From assembly GCA_031416075.1 (NCBI GenBank), contig JANOSY010000049.1:1-13979 (forward strand): a DNA stretch of 13,979 nt, read 5' to 3'. This document shows positions 6,891 through 13,979 of the stretch, in pieces. Each line of letters starts with the position of its first letter. Within the stretch, counting starts at the first letter, position 1. The position numbers and the translations under genes were made by a program. Source of the stretch: Candidatus Tenderia sp. Its GTDB lineage: Bacteria > Pseudomonadota > Gammaproteobacteria > Tenderiales > Tenderiaceae. The notes under the pieces are model-generated. The model did not search any database. It saw only the letters and a list, made by a program, of their open reading frames with translations, and was not told the DNA's origin.

Positions 6891-7646
6891 ATGTCACTGA
6901 TAAAATCACTTACACCGCTGCTGCTCATCACCCTTTTGTTAGGTGGTTGCGCCACTGCCGATCTCGACTCCACCAAATGGGCCGCTGAGCGCTTTTACAA
7001 CGAAGCCAAACACGCCCTTGACAACAACGACTACGAAATCGCCATCAAACGCTACGAGGATCTGGAGATCCACCACCCCTTCAGCCCCTATACCCAGCAG
7101 GCACAGCTTGAGATCGGCTACGCCTATTACAAATACGATGAGCCGGACTCCGCCATCGCCGCTGCCGACCGCTACATCAAACTCTACCCCCGCGCTGACA
7201 ACGTTGACTACGCCTACTACCTGCGGGGTCTGGCCAGTTTTGAACGGGGCCTCAGCACACTCGATCTGGCCCTCGGGCTGGATATCACCAAACGTGAACC
7301 CAAGGCCGCCAAAAATGCCTTTATCTACTTTGAAGAGCTGATTAAACGTTATCCTGACAGCCGCTATGGTGATGACGCCAAGCGGCGGATGGTTGACCTG
7401 CGCAACCGCCTGGCAGCCTATGAACTGCACGTCGCCCACTACTATATGCGCCGTGGTGCCCACCTCTCCGCCGTCAACCGTTGCAAAAACATACTGGAAA
7501 ACTACCCACAAACCCCCTCCGTCCCCGATGCACTCGTGACGATGGCAGAGGCCTACCAGCAGCTAGGCATTCACGATCTGGCTAACGATACACTCCAGGT
7601 AATACAACTCAACTACCCTGACAAAATCAGTGCAATGCAACCCTAA
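6891..7646 (+). CDS. bamD: Outer membrane protein assembly factor BamD (ComL/YfiO)
   Basis: Lipobox LLGG|C and a full five-TPR pattern including PFSPYTQQAQL, VDYAYYLRGL, YPDSRY and RLAAYELHVAHYYMRRGAHLSAVNR; 251 aa; located at the rluD-divergent locus. Confidence 0.95.
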   Translation: MSLIKSLTPLLLITLLLGGCATADLDSTKWAAERFYNEAKHALDNNDYEIAIKRYEDLEIHHPFSPYTQQAQLEIGYAYYKYDEPDSAIAAADRYIKLYPRADNVDYAYYLRGLASFERGLSTLDLALGLDITKREPKAAKNAFIYFEELIKRYPDSRYGDDAKRRMVDLRNRLAAYELHVAHYYMRRGAHLSAVNRCKNILENYPQTPSVPDALVTMAEAYQQLGIHDLANDTLQVIQLNYPDKISAMQP

Positions 7647-7657
7647 GGAGAACCGTT

Positions 7658-8182
7658 ATGTGGGACTTTTTTGAAACCGTACGCCACCGCCACTCCGTGC
7701 GTTGTTACCAGAGTGATATGCCGGTAGAAAAAGAGAAGTTGCACGCCATCCTGGAGACGGCCTGTAGCGCCCCCTCCGCTGGCGACCTGCAAGCGTATAA
7801 AATCATCGTTGTCAGCAATCAGGAGAAACGTCAGGCACTTGCCGATGCCGCTGAAGGACAGGCATTTATCTCCGCAGCACCCATCGCACTCATCTTCTGT
7901 GCCGAACCACAACGTTCAGCCACACAATACGGTGAACGGGGCCAGACTCTCTACGCCATCCAGGACACCACCATTGCAGCCGCCTACGCCCAGCTCGCCG
8001 TTGTGGCTGCGGGTATGGGTTCCACCTGGGTCGGTTATTTTGATGAGGAGAAGGTCCGCGACATTCTCCAGATTGAAAGCACACTGACACCCATCGCCAT
8101 GCTCAGCCTCGGCTACCCGGCTGAACTGCCAGAGCCAACCACACGTCGCCGACTCGATGAGATTGTCAGCCAAGTTGAATAA
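7658..8182 (+). CDS. Nitroreductase family protein
   Basis: RHSVRCY, APSAGDLQ, QDTTIAA, GMGSTWVGYF and LSLGYP; AAGGAG RBS overlaps the bamD stop. Confidence 0.93.
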   Translation: MWDFFETVRHRHSVRCYQSDMPVEKEKLHAILETACSAPSAGDLQAYKIIVVSNQEKRQALADAAEGQAFISAAPIALIFCAEPQRSATQYGERGQTLYAIQDTTIAAAYAQLAVVAAGMGSTWVGYFDEEKVRDILQIESTLTPIAMLSLGYPAELPEPTTRRRLDEIVSQVE

Positions 8183-8188
8183 AATAAA

Positions 8189-8229
8189 AACGGCCATCCC
8201 TGAACAAATAGCGATGGCCGTTCTCTTTT
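8189..8229 (+). terminator. Rho-independent terminator (possibly bidirectional)
   Basis: Perfect 10-bp stem AACGGCCATC (8189-8198) / GATGGCCGTT (8213-8222), followed by CTCTTTT and preceded by an A-tract, right after the nitroreductase stop. Confidence 0.8.
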
Positions 8230-8486
8230 CAAACCACTCAATCTACAGTATCAGAGACACCTATAACTCATGCGTACTCCGCGCCTGCTAAGAGCTACTT
8301 AATGCATCCAGCGCATACACCCAAAGTATAATTAAACTAATTAATCAGATCATCACTGCCATCATTCACAGCATACAAATAGCTATCTTTGGTATAAAAA
8401 TCGCAAACCAACCGTAAAATCAAACAATTACATCCATTGCCATCCCCCCAGCTCTTATATCTATACTATATGCTTAATTTCATTAA

Positions 8487-8505
8487 TTTCTGTCTTGACT
8501 GAAAT
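8487..8505. promoter_or_regulatory. Palindromic operator copy 1 (putative GbsR/MarR site)
   Basis: TTTCTGTCTTGACTGAAAT is a near-palindrome, 18/19 identical to 9080-9098, and overlaps the -35 box. Confidence 0.75.
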
Positions 8506-8523
8506 AACAGAATATTCTATATT
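8495..8523 (+). promoter_or_regulatory. Sigma70 promoter of the regulator gene (probably leaderless)
   Basis: TTGACT (8495-8500), 17-bp spacer, TATATT (8518-8523). The ATG begins 7 nt after the -10 box and there is no Shine-Dalgarno sequence. Confidence 0.7.
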
Positions 8524-8529
8524 GACCAC

Positions 8530-9063
8530 ATGAAACTGAATCCAGTCGCACAACGCTTCATCCTGCATTGGGGTGAAATGGGCTCCAAGTGGGGAGTCAA
8601 CCGAACGGTGTCCCAAATCCACGCCCTGCTCTATCTGTTTGGCAAACCCATGCCAGCCGATGAGATCACCGAGACGTTGGAGGTCGCACGCTCCAATGTG
8701 AGCACGAGCCTCAAGGAACTCCAGAACTGGAACCTGATTCATGTGGTGCACGTGATGGGAGACCGCCGCGATCACTTCGCCACCTCAGTCGACGTGTGGG
8801 AACTCTTCCGCACAGTGGTGCGCGAGCGCAAAGAGCGCGAATTCGACCCCACCATTGGCGTTCTAAAGGATTGCCTGACCAATGATGATCTAAGCAAGGA
8901 AGACGCCGCAGCGCAACAGCGCATCAAGGAAACCCTGGCATTGATGGAAGCTTTGTCTACCTGGGGCGAACAAATGCTGCGCCTGGAACCCACCACGCTG
9001 ATGAACGTGATGAAACTGGGAGCCAAGATCCAAGGATTACTCGCCCCCAAAAAGGAGGGTTGA
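8530..9063 (+). CDS. GbsR/MarR family transcriptional regulator
   Basis: FILHWGEMGSKWGVNRTVSQIHALLY, wHTH ADEITETLEVARSNVSTSLKELQNW, GDRRDHF. Confidence 0.92.
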   Translation: MKLNPVAQRFILHWGEMGSKWGVNRTVSQIHALLYLFGKPMPADEITETLEVARSNVSTSLKELQNWNLIHVVHVMGDRRDHFATSVDVWELFRTVVRERKEREFDPTIGVLKDCLTNDDLSKEDAAAQQRIKETLALMEALSTWGEQMLRLEPTTLMNVMKLGAKIQGLLAPKKEG

Positions 9064-9079
9064 TTTTTTTGCCCATTTG

Positions 9080-9107
9080 TTTCTGTTTTGACTGAAATGT
9101 CTGAAAT
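9080..9107. promoter_or_regulatory. Palindromic operator copy 2 plus an extra half-site
   Basis: TTTCTGTTTTGACTGAAAT followed by GTCTGAAAT, immediately before the AAGGAG RBS of the next gene. Confidence 0.75.
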
Positions 9108-9120
9108 AAGGAGAAGTTAA

Positions 9121-9588
9121 ATGACCACCGCCTACCCTTTGACCATCTACTTCGATGCTTCATGCGCGCTATGCAATAGCGAGATGCAAACCATCAAACT
9201 GCACGACAGCGAAAATGTCCTGACTCTAATCGATTGCTCTGGGCCTGATTTCGACGATGGTCCTTTCCAACCTGAGGGCATAACCCGTGATGCCATGATG
9301 AATTGCCTGCACGCCCAAGATGCATCTGGCCAATGGCTGAAGGGTGTCGCCGCATTTGAGGTGATTTACCGCACAGTGGGAATGACTTCAATCGCGAAAT
9401 TCTGGGGTCATCCACTAACCCGCCCCATAACCGAACGCGTCTATCCGTGGGTAGTCCGACACCGCCATATTTTGTCTTCTCTGGGACTACACCAAGTATT
9501 CGCCCTCTGGAGCCGACGCGCCGCACAAGCAGCCAACCGACGCAGCCAAAGCTGTAAAGACGGCCGCTGCACGATTCCCCATCCATAA
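9121..9588 (+). CDS. DCC1-like thiol-disulfide oxidoreductase (DUF393)
   Basis: N-terminal IYFDASCALC (DxxCxxC), G..AF, and Y.WV.RHR; strong RBS. Confidence 0.88.
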   Translation: MTTAYPLTIYFDASCALCNSEMQTIKLHDSENVLTLIDCSGPDFDDGPFQPEGITRDAMMNCLHAQDASGQWLKGVAAFEVIYRTVGMTSIAKFWGHPLTRPITERVYPWVVRHRHILSSLGLHQVFALWSRRAAQAANRRSQSCKDGRCTIPHP

Positions 9589-9629
9589 ACCCAACTCTCG
9601 GCAATCGACTTTCATTTAGAGGAAGACAC

Positions 9630-11063
9630 ATGGACATCATGAACTGGGTTCTAAGCCTGTTAATTGCGCAGGGAATACTGGGTGCCATTGATACGATTTA
9701 CCATCACGAACTCACGGTCGCCTTGCCGCGCCGTCCCGGTGCCAAGCTGGAACTGTCGATTCACGCAGTTCGCGCTCTGTTATATGGCGTTGTATTCGCA
9801 TCGATCGCCAACGTTGAGTTTCATGGCGGATGGGTAACCGCAATCGTCATATTGGTTGCGATTGAAGCCGGACTGACCTTGTGGGACTTTGTCGTCGAAG
9901 ACAACAGCAGAAAACTCCCCGCAACGGAACGCATGCTGCATACGGTTCTGGCTATCAATGGCGGCGCTCTATTCGGCCTTTTTGCCTGGCAATTGGCTCA
10001 TTGGTGGGGACTTCAAACCGCACTGGTAACGGTCGACTATGGTTGGCAAGGCATTACCCTGACTATCTTCGCGATAGGCGTGGCTGCGTCAGGGATTCGT
10101 GATGGCTTGGCTGCATTAAATCTCGGGAAAACCATCGCCGCGCCAAATCCTTTCCTGGGCCAAGCGCATCAGCGATATCTGGTAACCGGGGGCACGGGAT
10201 TCATTGGCGAAACCTTGGTCAACCAATTGCTGGACGCCGGGCACGAAGTGACAGTTTGGGCGCGCGATCCTTTGCGCGCAGCATATTTGTTCGATGGCCG
10301 GGCACGCATCATCCGTGATGTAGCCCTGCTTGACTCATCTGAACACTTCGACACCGTCATCAATCTGGCTGGAGCGCCGGTAGTCGGGCCACGATGGAGT
10401 GCTCGACGCAAGGCACAGTTATTGTCCAGCCGATTGGAGACCACGCAATCATTGCTGAGCTGGTTTACCCAAGCCAAGTTTAAACCTGCGACCTGGATAC
10501 AAACATCAGCGATTGGTTACTACGGCGTTCGAAAATCCAGTGAAACACTGAATGAAAACAGCGCAAAAGGCACAGGCTTCATGGCTGATCTCTGCACGCG
10601 CTGGGAAGACACCGCCCAGGCTGCAGATCAACTTGGGGCACGACGCGTCACCCTCCGGTTTGGTCTGGTATTTGGGCCAGGCGGCGCACTGCCTGCATTG
10701 TTACTCCCATATCGCTTGGGATTCGGGGGCCGCCTGGGTGATGGCCAGCAAGTGATGAGCTGGATTCATCGTGACGACCTGCTCACACTCATAGCCCAGG
10801 CAGTTCAAGATGATCGCATGCAAGGTACCTATAACGCGGTTGCACCAGAAGCGATCACCCAAACCCAATTCGCTAAAACGGCGGGCCAAGTCTTGGTGCG
10901 TCCTGTCTGGCTACATGTTCCGGCGGCGTTAATCCGTGGGATGGCTGGCGAAATGGCCCAGCTGTTTGTTGATGGTCAACGTGTGATCCCTCAACGCCTG
11001 CTGAAGCAGGGTTTCCAGTTCCGTCACCCAACGCTATTAAGCGCACTCCGTGATTTAAGATAA
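9630..11063 (+). CDS. TIGR01777 family NAD(P)-dependent oxidoreductase/epimerase (YfcH-like) with N-terminal membrane domain
   Basis: About 165 aa of hydrophobic helices, then LVTGGTGFIG, VINLAGA, SAIGYYG, SWIHRDD, YNAVAP and the DUF1731-like GQRVIPQRL...GFQF. Confidence 0.9.
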   Translation: MDIMNWVLSLLIAQGILGAIDTIYHHELTVALPRRPGAKLELSIHAVRALLYGVVFASIANVEFHGGWVTAIVILVAIEAGLTLWDFVVEDNSRKLPATERMLHTVLAINGGALFGLFAWQLAHWWGLQTALVTVDYGWQGITLTIFAIGVAASGIRDGLAALNLGKTIAAPNPFLGQAHQRYLVTGGTGFIGETLVNQLLDAGHEVTVWARDPLRAAYLFDGRARIIRDVALLDSSEHFDTVINLAGAPVVGPRWSARRKAQLLSSRLETTQSLLSWFTQAKFKPATWIQTSAIGYYGVRKSSETLNENSAKGTGFMADLCTRWEDTAQAADQLGARRVTLRFGLVFGPGGALPALLLPYRLGFGGRLGDGQQVMSWIHRDDLLTLIAQAVQDDRMQGTYNAVAPEAITQTQFAKTAGQVLVRPVWLHVPAALIRGMAGEMAQLFVDGQRVIPQRLLKQGFQFRHPTLLSALRDLR

Positions 11064-11072
11064 GGCCGAGCC

Positions 11073-11630
11073 ATGAGCAAACTTTACCCACACCTATTAG
11101 GCGATGCGTTTCATCAGTTAGCGCCCATGCTCCAGAGATTTCACACGGAGATGGAACTGCCGTGGCATGGCAAAGTACAAGTCATCTGGAACCCGCGCCC
11201 TGCGCTCCGTCAATTTCTCAAACTTGGAGGTCTTCCTAGAGAAACTGCCTCACAACCCATCACCGTCTGTGTGACCGAGGCAAACAATAGTGAAATCTGG
11301 AAACGGCAGTTTGGAAAACAAGTCATGGCGTCCAGGCAAAAAATCAGCAAGGACTCGATACAGGAAGGTTTTGGGCCAGTGGCTCTCATACTCGATACGT
11401 TTGTAGACAAAGGTGCACTCATACAAACCTGTCTACGTAGTCGGCTCTTGGGTATACCGCTACCTCGCCCGTTAGAGTTCCGGGTTACTGCGCGCGAATG
11501 GGAGCAGGATGAGTGCTTCCACTTCGATGTGGGAATCGCCTGGGCGAATGTTTCGCTCATTCGCTATGTCGGTTGGCTTCGCCCCCAACCCCTATCGACA
11601 TCATGGGCACGCTCGAACAACGCTGTTTAA
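11073..11630 (+). CDS. DUF4166 domain-containing protein
   Basis: LY..LLG.AF..L.P.LQRFH, EIWKRQFG, LLGIPLP, FHFDV and LIRYVGWL pattern; typical neighbour of this regulator cluster. Confidence 0.75.
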   Translation: MSKLYPHLLGDAFHQLAPMLQRFHTEMELPWHGKVQVIWNPRPALRQFLKLGGLPRETASQPITVCVTEANNSEIWKRQFGKQVMASRQKISKDSIQEGFGPVALILDTFVDKGALIQTCLRSRLLGIPLPRPLEFRVTAREWEQDECFHFDVGIAWANVSLIRYVGWLRPQPLSTSWARSNNAV

Positions 11631-12049
11631 TTCATACGAATATGGAAACGGCTTTCCAGGCCACACAAGACTATTCCCTCCGCAGCGACTGGGACCCTTT
11701 CACCAAAGCGATCGAACGAACTGCTGACGGGCAGGTTTTAGTTAAGGCCTGGCATGGCATGTCAATGCCGGTTGAATACGTTTCCTGGCACCCGCCAATG
11801 CGCGCAGCGATCCGCATGGTGCATGGGCCCCGCATGCTCGAACGCTTCGCGGGCACCTGGAGTTTCACAGAACACACACCCGACATCGTCGAATTTCGTT
11901 TTCGTTACACGATGCGAGCAGCCCGCCACTGGCGGTGGCTCGAGCCTTTGATGCTAATCTATTTCAGGATAGAAACTCGACGCCGGTTGAATGCTTTAAA
12001 ACACTATCTGAATCCTGCCGACATCCACATAGATAAGTCATGCGGATGA
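11603..12049 (+). CDS. SRPBCC / polyketide cyclase-like (START-fold) protein
   Basis: AF..TQDY..R..WDPF, EYVSW.PP..AAI.MV.GP..L..FAGTW.F, FRY. ATG 11603 chosen; it overlaps the DUF4166 end by 28 nt. Confidence 0.75.
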   Translation: MGTLEQRCLIHTNMETAFQATQDYSLRSDWDPFTKAIERTADGQVLVKAWHGMSMPVEYVSWHPPMRAAIRMVHGPRMLERFAGTWSFTEHTPDIVEFRFRYTMRAARHWRWLEPLMLIYFRIETRRRLNALKHYLNPADIHIDKSCG

Positions 12050-12085
12050 TGTTCGCTTACACGTTTTGACAGGCACTCATTGAAC

Positions 12086-13844
12086 ATGACCAAGCTTTAT
12101 TTACTGGCGGGCAATGGCAGCGCATCCGATTGGTGGGACGACGTCACGCCTCACTTTCAACATTACCAACCCATCCCAATTGAATTACCGGGTTTTGGCA
12201 GCAATACGAGCCCGCCGTGCGATCGCCTGGCTGCCTACGCCGAGTCATTGTTTGAGGCAACCGAAGCGGGCCATGCTATTTTGGCGCTGCACATATCGAA
12301 GCAGCAACCCAAGGCTTTGTCGCGCATAGCAAAAGCGGTCGACTTCGCCTAGCGGAAAAGGCTGGCTTACCTGTTCCTGCGATGTGCACGGTAAAGCACA
12401 GTACCGACCCACAACTCCCAGACTTACTATCAACCTCAGCCCCCGATGGTTGGGCCGTCCGCTCATCGAGCTATCAAGAAGATCAAGCTGACACCGCGAA
12501 TGCTGTCCTCAGTACCACCTACCTGCGCCAGCCCAGCGGCGATGTGCCGATGCGCGTTGAAACACTCCATGCAGCTGGTGTCGAGGAGATCGTGGTGCAA
12601 CGCTTCATCGTTCCCCGCGTATCAGGCATTGCCTTTACACGTCATCTGTCGGCCGAAATCGAATGGGTTAATGGCCACCTCGAGTCTCTGGCCGATGGTC
12701 GTGTCACGCCACACCGCACGATACTGTCACGGCTCGGCGCCGCCTGGGGCGACGACACATTTGAAACCATTCAAGGGTTAACCCGCGATGCACTCTGGGA
12801 GTTTCTACAAAGTGTGTTGTGTACATTTCATTATGTACACGGCGATATCGAGTGGGCTTGGGACGGCGAACAATTGTGGTTGCTGCAGTATCGACCCATC
12901 AGCCACTACCCCTGGCGCCGGCATCTGACCGCAGCCAACATAGCTGAAATTTTGCCCCCGCAACCCAGTCGGCTGGTTGAATACGCGCAGCGACGTGCAG
13001 CAGCATTCCCGCAGTCATGGCCAAATGGGATACCCGTGTCTTGCAAGACAACGAGCCCTTTACCGCGCTTTGTGGCGATGCGTCCTATATCAACAATGAT
13101 TTATTTCTGGCCCGGCTCGCCGACTGGGGCCTGCCGGCGAGCCGGTATTCAGACGAGATCGGCGGCGGCACGCCCACCTTGCCATGGAACCCCCTGAAGC
13201 TTCTGCGCTCACTTCCCTTGTTTTCACGCATGCAGCGCAATAGCCGACACCAACTAAAGTACCTGGAAAGTGACCTGCGCCGCTTCGACCAGGAATTACA
13301 TAAATTGGCTGCCGCCAACACAAATGGTCAACAACTTGCTGACTGGTTTGTCCGTTTTTATGTTTTCGTCGTGCAAGGCAACCTCATTATTTCCACTGCA
13401 CTTGCGAGTAGTGGCGGCGATGGGCTCGGCCGCCCACCTACCGTCTACGCCGATTTTTCTAACAAACCACACCGACTTCCTTGGGAAACCGACCCAGCCA
13501 CCTCTCGCCCAGCGCAATCTGCGCTTCCAATACAAGCTTTCCCAGTTTGGCCTGCCGGAGTAAAACTTGCCCATAAGCTCTCACTGCCTGGCATGCGGGG
13601 CTATCACTTGCAGGTCCGCGAGTGGTATCGAGACAATCTGATGCGGATATTTTTCCGCCTACATCACGCGTTTAGTGAACAGGATCGGCAACACTGGTTT
13701 TCACCTCACGCATCGCCGCGCGATCGGGGAAACAGCTTCTGGCAAGACGGACACGCAAGCCACGAACAGGCTACTGGCTTTATCATTTACCCCGGTAATG
13801 TTGAGGGTGTTCTCGGTCAAGACATCCTGCTGGTCGAAACACTA
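12086..13844 (+). pseudogene. Alpha/beta-hydrolase + PEP-utilizing (PPDK/PEP-synthase-like ATP-grasp) fusion, pseudogene
   Basis: Three reading frames join into one protein. Hydrolase start LYLLAGNG..ELPGFG; out-of-frame junction near 12280-12292 into SKSGRLRLAEKAGLPVP..WAVRSSSYQED..VVQRFI..SGIAFT..DIEWAWDG..LWLLQYRPI; frameshift near 13000; cut at ILLVETL by an IS before the phospho-His motif. Confidence 0.82.
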
Positions 13845-13979
13845 GTGTACTGTAACAAATAGTATGATCATATATAATAGCGCTACTCCTTCCTTATTTT
13901 CTGGTGCGCTGACTATGCCTGTCCCCGTTGCTATCTCACTCACAGAAGAAGAACGCCAAGAATTTCATCGCTGTTGTCG
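13843..13979 (+). mobile_element. IS630-like insertion sequence, left end (partial)
   Basis: Abrupt switch at TA (13843-13844) to AT-rich GTGTACTGTAACAAATAG. An ORF from ATG 13915 reads MPVPVAISLTEEERQEFHRCC, resembling IS630 transposase N-termini. The other end is outside the window. Confidence 0.65.

Noticed and set aside
6939-7511. 190-aa minus-strand ORF, and similar ones at 8461-8775, 9194-9688 and 11210-11560
   Set aside because: Antisense to well-supported genes and explained by codon bias.
8230-8470. ncRNA or CRISPR leader in the AT-rich intergenic region
   Set aside because: No repeat-spacer array, stable structure or recognisable RNA motif. No tRNA, rRNA or CRISPR was seen anywhere in the window.
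11603-12049. RatA-type toxin-antitoxin system
   Set aside because: Only the START fold is shared; there is no RatB/RnfH partner and the context is metabolic.

Overview
Gammaproteobacterial-looking chromosomal window with insertion sequences at both edges. The left 1.5 kb is an IS graveyard: an IS3-family left end inserted into a decayed IS110 transposase, next to a complete but inactivated 901-bp IS5-family element. A minus-strand operon follows (rluD-pgeF-ACT/GcvR-like-def). Divergent from it, at the usual bamD position, are three tandem BamD-family genes: (1) a non-lipidated truncated BamD fused to two DamX-type SPOR domains, (2) a BamD lipoprotein fused to one SPOR domain, and (3) canonical bamD. 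A nitroreductase and a terminator close this unit. The BamD-SPOR fusions are the most notable feature and could couple outer-membrane protein assembly to septal peptidoglycan. The right part is a GbsR/MarR-regulated cluster with duplicated palindromic operators and a probable leaderless regulator mRNA: DCC oxidoreductase, membrane-fused TIGR01777 SDR, DUF4166, SRPBCC and a decayed hydrolase/PEP-utilizing gene cut by an IS630-like element. All family calls come from manual motif recognition; no database searches were run.
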